A stretch of 64,000 nucleotides of DNA, from positions 1,984,001-2,048,000 of the forward strand of contig NC_089435.1 in NCBI RefSeq assembly GCF_026210795.1, given 5' to 3'. This stretch comes from Rhizophagus irregularis (Eukaryota). Every line of letters starts with the position of its first letter. The first letter of the stretch is position 1. This document shows, piece by piece, positions 49,940-62,594 of this stretch. A model generated the notes under the pieces. The model saw only the letters and a program-made list of their open reading frames with translations, had not been told where the DNA came from and did not search any database. Made by a program: the position numbers and the translations under genes.

Positions 49940-50870
49940 CTTGGAGTCTTATCTTGATAGGTAAGAGAGTTCAGTACAAACTTTTTCAAAGGGCCCATGA
50001 AATTCCAATCACTAGTTTCAAAGAAATAGGAAGAGCAGTAATTGAAGCAAAACTAGATAGTATATACTCTACAGTCAAAACAAATCCAGAGTTTTTTCAA
50101 GATATAAGTGCTTTTACAGCCTTAAATAATGAAACAGTAAAACTGACTCTATGGACTTGTGAAGAGATACAAAAACCTACTGCAAGAGGCACAACAAAAA
50201 TTATGGAATATAAGATAGTACAAAATCAGCAGCAATGATACCAATTACACCAGACATTGAAGAATGAATAAAAATTCAGAAAAAAGAATTAGATTCTCTC
50301 AATAAAGAATTGAATACAGTAAAACAAAAACTAGGACAAGAAAGGAAAAATTATTAGATCAGAAAAGCACAAATCAAAAGGAACTAATAGAGGAAAAAAT
50401 AATAATAATTCATGTAGAAAAAAATGAAAAAACCAGTAGAAATTCTAATATTCTGGAGAATTTGCAACAGTATCAAATAACATTATGTTTTATGATATAC
50501 TGGCATGATATGAAAATGTAGTATCTGTAATAAAGGTATAGGAAAGTTGAACAAATTAGTATTAAAAGCAACAAAAATACCAAAAAGTGAGAATAGATAT
50601 TCATTTAAAGAATTATATGGAAATATAGTTCTTGGACAAAAAATGGGAAATCCTCTTAACAATTGGCCTGAACAAGAAAAGTAGAAGGTATTTTAGGTAT
50701 TTTCAAATAAGATGGCACAATGGAAAGATCAAAATTAAAGATATCTGGAAACACTGCAAATGGTACATCAATTATTTATATTCGATTTAGCTTAGATTAG
50801 TATTAGTCTTACATTTAGAATAGATCAGTTAGTTACAGGGGTTAATATTATGTATGTGATATTACTAAAT
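49940..50870 (+). pseudogene. Degraded retroelement relic, possibly LINE ORF1-like
   Basis: A-rich frameshifted coding remnants (IMFYDI..., KVEQISIK-QQKYQKVRI). The family assignment is tentative. Confidence 0.35.
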
Positions 50871-51042
50871 TCTCTTTTATTATAATAATTAATATTCGAT
50901 AATATATCTTCTAAAATTTCATAAATATTTTAATGAATACAAGCATCTATATAATGAATAAATAAAAATGAATTTATTAATAAGAAACACAAATGCTTAA
51001 AATATTTATATGCAATTCAACTTCATTTTAGAACCCACTTTA

Positions 51043-54000
51043 TTACTTTTTGCTGTTTATTGATAAATTATTTTCAGTTCCTTCTCCATTATAATACTTA
51101 ATGACTAAATTGTCCATTGCATCTTTATTACCATTTTCTGCTGCTTTTTGATACAAAAGAAAGGCTTTTTCTAAATTCTTTTCTGTTCCTTCTCCATTAT
51201 AATAACTATTAACTAAATTAAGCAGTGCATCTTTGTTACCATTTTCTGCTGCTTTTTGATACCAATAAAAGGCTTTTTTAAAATTCTTTTCTGTTCCTTC
51301 TCCATTTTCATAACATAAGGCTAAATTAAACATTGCTTCTTTAACATTATTTTCTGCTGATTTTTGATACCAATAAAAGGCTTTTTCTAAATTCTTTTCT
51401 GTTCCTTCTCCATTTTCATAACATATAGCTAAATTATTCATGGCATAATTATTACCATTTTCTGATGCTTTTTGATACCAATAAAAGGCTTTTTTAAAAT
51501 TCTTTTCTGTTCCTTCTCCATTATAATACTTAATTGCCAAGTAAAGCATTGCTTCTTTAACACCATTTTCTGCTGCTTTTTGATACCAATGAAATGCTTT
51601 TTCTAAGTTCTTTTCTGTTCCTTCTCCATTATAATAACTATTAGCTAAATTAAACATTGCTTCTTTATTATCATTTTCTGTTGCTTTTTGATACCAATGA
51701 AATGCATTTTCTAAGTTCATTTCTGTTCCTTCTCCATTATAATAACTATTAGCTAAATTAAACATTGCATCTTTATTATCATTTTCTGCCGCCTTTTTAT
51801 ACCAATAAAAAGTTTTCTCTAAATTCTTTTCTGTTCCTTCTCCATCTTTATAAAATATGGCTAAATTATTCATAGCATCCTTATTACCATTTTCTGCTGC
51901 TTTTTGATACCAATGAAAGGCTTTTTCTAAATTCTTTTCTGTTCCTTCTCCATCTTTATAAAATATGGCTAAATTATTCATAGCATCCTTATTACCATTT
52001 TCTGCTGCTTTTTGATACCAATGAAAGGCTTTTTCTAAATTCTTTTCTGTTCCCTCTCCATTTTTGTAACACACAGCTAAATTAAACATTGCTACTTCAA
52101 CAACATTTTCTGCTGATTTTTGATACCAATAAAAGGCTTCTTTTAAATTCTTTTCTGTTCCTTCTCCATTTTCATAACATATAGCTAAATTAAACATTGC
52201 ATAATTATTGCCATTTTCTGCTGCTTTTTGATACCAATAAAAGGCTTTTTCTAAATTCTTTTCTGTTCCTTCTCCATTTTCATAAAATAGGGCTAAATTA
52301 TTCATTGCATCTATATTATCATTTTCTGCTGCTTTTTGAAACCAGTAAAAGGCTTTTTCTAAATTCTGTTCTGTTCCTTCTCCATTATAATACTTAATGG
52401 CTAAATAAAGCATTGCTTCTTTATCGTCATTTTCTAATGCTTTTTGATACAAATGAAAGTCATTTTCTAAATTCTTTTCTGTTCCCTCTCCATTCATATT
52501 GGCTAGATTATTTATTGCTTCTTCAATACCATTTTCTTCTGCTTTTTGACACCAATAAAAGGCTTTTTCTAAATTCTTTTCTGTTCCTTCTCCATTTTTA
52601 TAACATATAGCTAAATTAAGCATTGCATCATTATCACCATTTTCTGCTGCTTTTTGATACCAATGAAAGGCCTTTTCTAAATTCTTTTCTGTTCCCTCTC
52701 CATTATAATAACTATTAGCTAAATTATTCATTGCATCTATATTATCATTTTCTGCTGCTTTTTGAAACCAGTAAAAGGCTTTTTCTAAATTCTGTTCTGT
52801 TTCTTCTCCATTATAATACTTAATGGCTAAATAAAGCATTGCTTCTTTATCATCATTTTCTGATGTTTTTTGATACAAATGAAAATCTTTTTCTAAATTT
52901 TTTTCTGTTCCCTCTCCATTCATATTGGCTAAATTATACATTGCTTCTTCAATACCATTTTCTTCTGCTTTTTGATACCAATGAAAGGCTTTTTCTAAAT
53001 TCTTTTCTGTTCCTTCTCCATTTTTATAACATATAGCTAAATTAAGCATTGCATCATAATCACCATTTTCTGCTGCTTTTTGATACCAATGAAATGCTTT
53101 TTCTAAATTCTTTTCTGTTTCTTTTCCATTTTTATAACATATGGCTAAATTATTCATTGAATCTATATTACCATTTTCTGCTGCCTTTTGATACCAATAA
53201 AAGGCCTTTTCTAAATTCTTTTCTATTCCTTCTCCATTATAATAACTATTAGTTAAATTAAACATTGCATCTTTATTATCATTTTCTGCTGCTTTTTGAT
53301 ACAAATGAAAGGCTTTTTCTAAGTTCTTTTCTGTTCCTTCTCCATTATAATAACTATTAGCTAAATTAAACATTGCTTCTTTATTACCATTCTCTACTGC
53401 CTTTTTATACCAATAAAAAGCTTTATCTAAATTCTTTTCTATTCCTTCTCCATCTTCATAACATATGGCTAAATTATTCATAGCATCCTTATTACCATTT
53501 TCTGCTGCTATTTGATACCAATAAAAGGCTTTTTCTAAATCCTTTTCTGTTCCCTTTCCATTTTTGTAACATATAGCTAAATTAAATATTGCTTCTTTAA
53601 CACCATGTTCTGATGATTTTTGATACCAATAAAAGGCTTTTTCTAAGTTCTTTTCTGTTCCCTCTCCATTTTCATAACATATAGCTAAATTAAACATTGC
53701 TTCTTTAACACCATTTTCTGCTGCTTTTTGATACCAATTAAAGGATTTCTTCAAATTCTTTTTTGTTCCTTCTCCATTATAATAACATATAGCTAATTTA
53801 TTCATTGCTTTTTCATCACCATTTTCTGCTGCTTTTTGATACCAGTGAAAGGCTTTTTCTAAATTTTTTTCCGTTCCTTCTCCATTGTAATAACTTTTGG
53901 CTAAATTAGACATTGCTTCAATATGATTTATTTCTGCTGCATGTTGATACAAATAAAAAGCTTTTTTTAAGTTCTTTTCGGCTTCTTCTCCATATTTATT

Positions 54001-54183
54001 GGCTAAATTAAATATTGCTACTTTATCACCATTTTCTACTAATTTTTCCAAAGAAAAAGAACTAATACATTCTTTGCACCATAATTCTTCGATAAAAGGT
54101 TTATTGCAATAAAAACAATTTTCATTGTTTACTGTATCAGTTTCTTTGTCTAAGATATTTAAATTATTCAATTTAGTTGCCAT
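51043..54183 (-). CDS. Sel1-like repeat protein (about 27 repeats)
   Basis: 1046-aa ORF of 36-aa units AMxNLAxxYxNGEGTEKNLEKAFxWYQKAAENG, with an N-terminal CFYC..WCKEC motif. Confidence 0.95.
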   Translation of the reverse strand: MATKLNNLNILDKETDTVNNENCFYCNKPFIEELWCKECISSFSLEKLVENGDKVAIFNLANKYGEEAEKNLKKAFYLYQHAAEINHIEAMSNLAKSYYNGEGTEKNLEKAFHWYQKAAENGDEKAMNKLAICYYNGEGTKKNLKKSFNWYQKAAENGVKEAMFNLAICYENGEGTEKNLEKAFYWYQKSSEHGVKEAIFNLAICYKNGKGTEKDLEKAFYWYQIAAENGNKDAMNNLAICYEDGEGIEKNLDKAFYWYKKAVENGNKEAMFNLANSYYNGEGTEKNLEKAFHLYQKAAENDNKDAMFNLTNSYYNGEGIEKNLEKAFYWYQKAAENGNIDSMNNLAICYKNGKETEKNLEKAFHWYQKAAENGDYDAMLNLAICYKNGEGTEKNLEKAFHWYQKAEENGIEEAMYNLANMNGEGTEKNLEKDFHLYQKTSENDDKEAMLYLAIKYYNGEETEQNLEKAFYWFQKAAENDNIDAMNNLANSYYNGEGTEKNLEKAFHWYQKAAENGDNDAMLNLAICYKNGEGTEKNLEKAFYWCQKAEENGIEEAINNLANMNGEGTEKNLENDFHLYQKALENDDKEAMLYLAIKYYNGEGTEQNLEKAFYWFQKAAENDNIDAMNNLALFYENGEGTEKNLEKAFYWYQKAAENGNNYAMFNLAICYENGEGTEKNLKEAFYWYQKSAENVVEVAMFNLAVCYKNGEGTEKNLEKAFHWYQKAAENGNKDAMNNLAIFYKDGEGTEKNLEKAFHWYQKAAENGNKDAMNNLAIFYKDGEGTEKNLEKTFYWYKKAAENDNKDAMFNLANSYYNGEGTEMNLENAFHWYQKATENDNKEAMFNLANSYYNGEGTEKNLEKAFHWYQKAAENGVKEAMLYLAIKYYNGEGTEKNFKKAFYWYQKASENGNNYAMNNLAICYENGEGTEKNLEKAFYWYQKSAENNVKEAMFNLALCYENGEGTEKNFKKAFYWYQKAAENGNKDALLNLVNSYYNGEGTEKNLEKAFLLYQKAAENGNKDAMDNLVIKYYNGEGTENNLSINSKK

Positions 54184-56931
54184 TTAGTTATTTTAAGAAT
54201 TTATATACTGAAAAAAACAATTTTTTTCTTTTTTGACGAATTTATTCTTTAAAGGCATGAATGAGTTACTAAAAAGGAAGTTTTTTAACCAAAAGCAGAA
54301 ATTACAATAAAAAAAAAACTATTTTTTTCGGGACATGTTTTTCCGGTGCACTGATCTGCATTGGGTCATGCCCAATCACTTTAAAAAAAAAATGTTTAAT
54401 ATAAAAGAAATAAACAAGCTTGATCTTTTTAAAGGTTTTAATATTGATTATAAGAAGCAATTTTATTAGCATTTTCTCAAATAAATTTGTAGATAAATGA
54501 GTATAAATTGATTGTCACAAATAATAACAATTAATATAAAATCATTATACTAATTTAGTTGAATTATTTCACTTTGGATTTTCTGGTTACCGTATGTGAC
54601 GTTACATATAATAATAAATGATTATTATAAATTAAAAATCACGGTACACTCACAAATACACAAATATTATTTTTTTAAAAAAAAATAAAGTTCTTAAATA
54701 AATAAATGTTAAAAAAGTCACAATAAATCAATATAAAATTATTAATAACTCGAAGTTCAGAACAAACAAATTCTATCTAAATTTAGACCGGCTCATATGA
54801 CTTTCATACACCATCACTGTAAATCTGTAATTCATAATTTTTATAAAATTAAATTTTCAAAAAAATTTTCCGTTGGTAATTATTTCTTGTCCAACATTAT
54901 AATTTGATAAAACAATCACAATGCAGATCAATGCATCGGAAAAAATTATAGCCCGAAAAAATAATCAAATGAAATTTCTAATTTTAGTTAAAACATGCTA
55001 TCGGAAAAAAATTATCCCGCTATCCGGTCATAATTCGATTCGAAGTGATAAAGAATTTTATTTTTCTGGATAATTAAATAGAAAATACCTAAAATTATTT
55101 AAATTATTTATGTCTATAATAGAAATACATTAAGATCGCCATTCACATAACATACATGTGAATAATAAATTCGGTGTTAGAAGTTTGTGACATTTCGAAA
55201 AAAAAGGTGTAAAGTACCGAGTAACTGTTGTATTTGCAATAAGCAATATGATTGGTGAAATTGGCTGCGTACGTAAGGCACGATAGTGTCGCAGTCACGA
55301 GGGCACGTTTTGCCGAGTAATTCTAATTATCCCTTTCAAAAAAATTGTGTTCGAGTAATCGAGTATGCCGTGTCAGTTAGGTAACGGATAATCGGATTAT
55401 CCTAGGAAGACAAAACATAAAATCGGCAAAATATTTCACCCAAATGTGGTTGCACTATTTGATTGGCCAATAAATATCGTCATCGTATGGCACTTTAAAC
55501 GTGACGAACAGACGCACGAAATAAGGAAAAAAAACACTAAAGAAGTAAATAATATTATCTTATTTTAATATTCAAAATAATATACTTTAATTATTATATT
55601 CAAAATAAGTAATAGTACATATTATTTTCTAAAGTATTTATAAAAAAAAAGAAAAAATAAATATACGGTTAATATCTTCCATAACTATACAAAAAAATAT
55701 GAACATTTAATGAAATTTTAAATTTTAAATCCTTTACCATCTACCAATAAAACTTATAAAGTCTTTAGAAGTGTCAAATTTATGCTATAAAGTGTCTAAA
55801 AAAAATAAATATAATTTAGAATTTTATAATTATAAATTAATAAATACACTCATAAACATGTTATTTAACGCAAAAATTAACCAAAAATACGGTAACCAAT
55901 AATATTGTTTATTCCACATTCGCCAAAAGCACATAGACATTCGCGAGGACTTTAAAATTTCATACGAAGTTTTCTCAAAAAATTTTTTAATAAAACAGAA
56001 AAATTAAAGTTCGGAACTATGGCATTTGACCATATGAATTTCATCCTTTTGTGAGAAGTTAGTATGTACAGAAAATTGGCAATAAGAATCATTGTTTGGA
56101 CATTTCCTTAAATTAAGGAGAATTCTCTACCCTTAATGGCGCAGTGATTATCCGTCCAATAAAATTTATTTAATAATTTCACTTGTTGAATCTAATTTTA
56201 TTTAATCAATTAAACATTCTACCAGCTTCAAACAAGTCTCCTTTTATTGAAGCTCTTTTAGTGTCAAGCCCGCATTTTAAACCTAGAATATCCAAAAAAA
56301 AAAAATCAATATACGGATACTCTATAAAAACCAACCATATATATATAGGCTAATACACAGACAAGAGTTACGCTTTTTCTAAGCAAGAAACATCCAAATA
56401 CATTCAAAAGAGTTTTAATAATATTTAACACACTTCACCATACTTTCATATACTTTACTAAAATATTTTATCATTTTTTGCCCGTTCACATTTTCATTTA
56501 AGTTCTGTCTGTCAAGTAGTCGTTTTCTCCTTACAATACCTTGCAAAACTTTTCATTGGACTTTCTCATCGCAATCTTACATCACATGCGATAAAAGGAT
56601 TTCACATTACATTTAGAAAGAATATTTACACCAATAATGCGTACTTTCCACATGCTTACCCTAAAATATACGATTCTACTTCAAAACCTCTAACATCAAT
56701 TTCCTTATTTCGATATTTTTTACCTATGCAATTATCAATTTCCAGAAACACTGGTTCCTATAACTTTTATCGATTACGTACCCTCTTGAAGTATAAACTT
56801 AATGTACTTAAAAATAGATAGAATCTCAAGCACCAATAGCACAATCCAACTGAGGTTACTAAACGTTGCCTTACCTACCAGTTACATTATGACCAATACC
56901 CGTCTGGAGATGTAAAGAACACATCCATATG

Positions 56932-57772
56932 TAGTGCTCCGCAAAATTCAGGTCTAATCCGGATAATTCAACCGAGTGAATTTTAAATCGGGTCGGTACT
57001 AACAATTTTAATAACCTGTAACCCGCATGACCTGACCCATCGGGTCGGGTTATTCATTTCCTTGACTCGGGTTTTAACCCGAATTAGACCCGGATGATCA
57101 TTAAAATCACTGATCACATATTGATTACGCGTTAATATTGATTACGTTTATATAATTTTGTTAGATGAATGAGGTAGTATATCCTCACTTAGTGAAAATT
57201 GCTAGAGACACCTTGCAATTACAGGTATGTGTATGAATCATTATTATTAATTATTAACATTACATTAACTAATAAATTGATTTTGATGATTAATAAAGCA
57301 ACCAGTGTTCCAGTAGAAAGAGTATTTTCCAGTGGAACCGAAGATACAATTAGAGCATGAATGTGTTCAAAGTCCTGGCAGACTAAAATATAGTCAAATT
57401 TCTGTTAAAGCCAGTGATACAATTTTGATTTTATAGTTCAAATATAAAATAGGAATCGAAGATACTGTATCTTTAAATTCGTGCTTAGCTTTAGTTTTAA
57501 TAATAAAAAGTTGTGTGACCTACTGTATATAATCATCTTGTAGATCAATTACTTTGCGTTATTGAAAAAATTATATTTGAAAAAACATTTTTGATATATT
57601 ACTAAGCATACAGTATAATATCCAATGAAAATTACTAAAATTTCAGGTCTAACCCGGGTTATTCGAATTAAATATACTCGGGTCGGGTTAAAATCGGATC
57701 ATTTCTATTTTTGCCGGGTCGAGTTGGATATATTCTCCAAACCTGACCGAATCCGACCCGGTAGGAGCACTA
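56932..57772 (+). mobile_element. Non-autonomous hAT element with a dimerisation-domain relic
   Basis: TAGTGCTCC TIRs. TSD tccatatg / tctatatg. Subterminal acccg/cgggt repeats. Relic YPHLVKIARD..ATSVPVERVFSSG, with an intron. Confidence 0.9.
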
Positions 57773-58659
57773 TCTATATGGCACCTCATATTTGACGAGA
57801 TGTAAAAATTTATTATGATCAAGTAAAGAAACAAGTTAAATATGATGATAAAAGAAAATATTCTGTTATTGTAAAACGCTCAAATTATATAAACTTAAAA
57901 CTGGTTCATTTTATTAAATCTTTAAATCAATCTTGTGTCTCGTAGAATTTATTACAAGGAATACACTGACATTGTAAGATCACCTTATGTACCTTTGAAA
58001 ATCAGATGATGCCTTGGCACATCCGGATGTCCGGTACTGAGAACCCACACTCCAAGTCCGTTAAAGTTATCCAACATTTACCTTACAAATTTACTCATCG
58101 CCTATTTCTTTGGAAGAAAAGTGAAAGAAAAAAGTCCTCAAAAATTATATGAAGAAAATAAAAGAAATATAAATTGGAATTACCTCCTTTACCACTCGAT
58201 ATTAAAAGTTTTCCACGATTTTATTAAAAACTCATAATATAGACCTTTTCAATTCGGTAACGAGAGCATTATACAAGTGTAACCACTTCTATAAAGTGGA
58301 TACTCAAAACTCCTGAAATAATTAATAAATACAAAGATCCAGTTATCGCCGAAAACGTTACGATTACTACTTCTAATTTGTTGTAGAAATGTCGGTAGAA
58401 ATATCAAAAAATTACCATAATGAAAATTTATAAAATTTTGAAGTTAATTTATCAACTTTGCTCTTTATAATTTTACACGGCAAATTAATAGAAAAGAATC
58501 TTAATTAATACTGCAATTTAATCAAAGACTAGATGAATAATTAAATTTACAACCAAGTAGTGTTGCGATCCGTTGATCGATTAATCACGTTGCCCCTTAG
58601 CCTTAACAAAATAATACTTTATTAGTAATATAAATAAATGCAATAATATGCTTGGTTTA

Positions 58660-59340
58660 ACATGACTAAATATATCTAATATAAAATTAAATCCCAAAAT
58701 TTTCTTTCTCAGTCAAATATCACCCATTTTTATATAAATTATCCACTCTGTAAATTCATAAATCACATATTATCATAACAAACTCGTCTAGATTTTTTTT
58801 CAAATTTTACTCGAAATTTGAAAATTATGCCAAAATATTTCGTGACATCATCAATATTGGTTATCTTAAATTATGCTTCTTTTTGTAATAACTAATAAAA
58901 AGAAGATATGGTACATAATTAAATTATCAAATTTTTATTCAAATATATAAAGAAGGAAATAATTAAATTAAATTATAAAGTGGCACTTGTTTTAAAATAT
59001 ATTTAAATTTTATACTTTTATTTTTACTAGGTTATTTATGGCGAAAGAATTTCTTTGAAGGAATATAATACTTTAAAATCTTTGGTTTGCTTAAAGTAAA
59101 CTAATTAATTTATCCTTTGATTAGAAACTAAGTTGAATTGGATAATACAAATTGTTAGTCTGATATATAAAACGAGCTTTGAAAACAATACTTTTTGGAA
59201 CTTTTCAAAGAGGTCGTTATTCAATGATTTCTCTTCAATTTCAAATGATAATCTTCAAATGAACGAAATTCAAGTATGGGAGCATGTACATATACTTAAA
59301 TAAGGAATTACATCCAGAAATTCCTTCTGAGTGATTCTAC
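58660..59340 (+). pseudogene. Highly degraded BTB-BACK relic on the opposite strand
   Basis: Remnants reading RISLKEY, YKTSFENN and DNLQMNEIQVWEHV. The left boundary is approximate. Confidence 0.65.
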
Positions 59341-61101
59341 AAAATTTTCAATTTATAACATTACGTTCTATTTATTATGTTTCAAGTAATATTACAAATA
59401 AAATATAAATTTAGTCGAAGGAATTAAAAAAATTTAGCACTTTATTAAATCACTATGCTTTCATATATAATATATACAAATCTTTCATAATTCATTAATT
59501 TTATAAAATTGAACAGTAAATTATTATATTCACTAAGAAATGAGAACCGCTAGAGCATCTGACGTTATATCACATGATTATCAATAATCACAGATAAAAA
59601 AGAACTCAAAAAATTGTATCGATAAAAAAAGCGTATAATTAAAAGTATATAGTTAAAATATATTTAAAAATATATTGATGAATTTAAAATATTATTATAT
59701 TAAAAAAAAAAAAACCATTTTTAACGAAATCTTTTGAATATTGTTAAATTGATAGCATTTTATTTTACTATAATAAAAGATATTAAAGGTAAAAAAACTT
59801 TTCCAGATGATAAACTGTAAGGTTCGTGTTTACAAAATGTGAAGTAAATTTTAAATCAAAATTCCAATTATGAGATAAATATAGATTTTGGATAGTATCC
59901 GCTTTTTTTAAATAATACTTCTCTATAATAGCTTTCCATGATTCATATTTATAATACAGATACTATATAATTAATATTCCTTAATTTGATTGATCAATTA
60001 ATTTTAATTAAATATGGATCATTGACTCCTTAAACTAATCAATCAATCAAAAACATATCATGTGAGATATGGTTTACAGTATCCTTCAGTATAAAAATAA
60101 TCTCTCATTACAAAAAACATATAGAAGTTACTCAGTCTCAAATTTCCTAGTATTACCAAATTTAGAATATTTAATCAAACCATTATACGAATATGTCAAT
60201 ATAATCTCATTGGAAATATTCCTGTGGTTATATCCATTCTTCCACTGCGAATATGACAACAAAAAATACATCATCAGAAATGGCGAACATTTTGTCACAT
60301 AATACAGGTAATTCTCTAAAGAAACTATCACTGCTCAGTCGATGTCCTTGAAAGTAAATTCTTCACAAGAAGAAAAAATTCGTTCCCTTAATGGTCAGGA
60401 TCTTTCTATTAAAATTTTTAATTTTAGTATAAAAATTAATCACGTGTTAAATTTAATGAGTGACAGTCACGCTCCTAGGGATTACCTCTTTATTTCCAAC
60501 TCCCCATGAAATAAATAACACTAATTAATACTAATTGTCTACGGTATATTGCCATCAGAAAATTACTGTTGCTGATTCAGTAAATTATTAGGAAATATAA
60601 AAAATCTATAAAAGCGATTGGATAAAATATCATTATCTTAAAATACCATTAATAACAATTCGAGTGATGTTGAACATTTGTTAAAAAAATATAATAATAA
60701 AATGTAAATATCCAGTCATTATTCCAAATTTTTAATTAATATGTAATTGATCAATGAAATAAGTCATAGAACATTATTTTAATATTACAAAATTTCGTAA
60801 TTTATTAAATAAAATTGATTTTACACAAAATTATTATAAAATTTATTGTTTATCAAGTGGCAATTGGAAATGAAAAGTTAATATATAACTGAGGTTCTAT
60901 AACCACTAAAGCATGATTGCTTAAAATAAAAGATTCTGAATTATTTTGCATACATCAAGTTAATATGTTTGTTATGGTATTATAAAAATTTCTTCAAGCT
61001 TTCAATTTATCATACTAATAATATTGTTTAAAAGAAATAAAAAATAAAATAAATAGAAAACATAGTAAACTGACTACATTATTACAAATTAATTAATTAT
61101 T

Positions 61102-62594
61102 CTATCTTATAATTTGAAACACTTCATATTCTTCCATAGAAAACTTAGTAATTTCTCTGATTGGTTTTTCGTAATCATAATTAAAACATTGACCACGATC
61201 TTCATACAAATCAAGGTCACCACCACCAAATGATGGACCAAAATTACACAAGCTAAGTATAGCATATTCTTTATTTTTTATATGACTTAGAATAAATCTT
61301 TCAATATTATTAATATCATTAAAAGAGAATATAAAACTATCTTTAGTAGCACTGAAAGCTTCATCACAAATTTCATTAAACTCATTAGATTCCCATCCAA
61401 TAGGATTATATCCTCCAAGAACTTCGTTACTATCTTTCACTTTAACGACTGTTATAGTATTAGGTTGATTGTTACAGATTTCATGAAATTTATTAGGTGT
61501 AAATCCATCTCGAGATCCACGAAGTAATAATTTGAATTTATAAAAATTCTCTATTTCATCTGTATTTTCTAATTTATCGATCCATTTCGAGATTAATTCA
61601 GCATGTTTAATTGTAATGATTTTGGAATCAATGTTAATTTCCTTAGTAGTCATACGAGGTTTTGAATTTTTAACCAATTGGTCATCAGAATACAAAAAAT
61701 ATTCTAGTAGATCTTCATATAATTCTTTAGGTAAAATTTGATTATAAGGTAATACTTCGTTTGAAAATTCATCAGAAGATAAATTATAGAATCTAATGTG
61801 TGGAATGCAATTTTGCAAGCTATTTCTTAAAGTATCAAAATCTTCCTCTGAAAAATTTGCGGGATCAGAAGGAAGTTCGGGATTTTGAGCAAGTCCCCAT
61901 TTAAGCACATGATTCCATACTTGAATTTCGTCTATTTGAAGAATATCACTTTGAATGAGCGAGACCAAAAGTTTTTCTGAAATTGAGATTGAAGAAGAAT
62001 TCAGAGATTTGAATATCTTATTTGGTTTTTTGGTTATTATATCCGTACAATATTTTTGAAGTTCCAAAAAAGAATCGTTCTCAAAGCTTTTTTGATATAT
62101 CAAATTAAAATTTTGTTCCATCCAATTTGCTTTAGTTTCAATCAAAAAGGATTGTAAATAATCGATTAGTTCTTGGAGACCAAGTTCGTTACCAGCAACC
62201 AAAATGTCAATTATATTCCTAATATCATGTTCATCCAAAGAAATACTTCCACCATAAATATATCTAAAAATAAAACCGTAAATTTAAATATATATAACTT
62301 TAATTTAATTCATTTTTTCTTAATTATTATTACTGACCTTAAGATTATTTCAAAAATATCAGGTGAAATATTTGGTAATTTTATATGTACCAAAGTTCCA
62401 TCATTTTTCCTCTTATTAGTTGTCAAAATTTTTTGTAAAAAAGTAGAACGATAATGTAATATAACCATATGAGCACGAAAGATCTTTACATAAGGATCAT
62501 TTCCAACTTCAATAGTAACATCGTAATACTCATTATCATTTAAAATTTCAAGTAAATTTTTTGATAATATTGGTAAAAATTTATTATTTTTCAT
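61102..62594 (-). CDS. BTB/POZ-BACK-TLDc protein, copy 5 (exons 62594-62338 and 62263-61102)
   Basis: GT-AG intron 62337-62264 joins in frame (ILR-YIYGGSISLDE). All family motifs are present. Confidence 0.9.

Noticed and set aside
52197..53252. Repeated small + strand ORFs
   Set aside because: Antisense shadows of the Sel1 repeats.
56300..58380. Coding-like relic flanking the hAT element
   Set aside because: Many stops and no motif I can assign.
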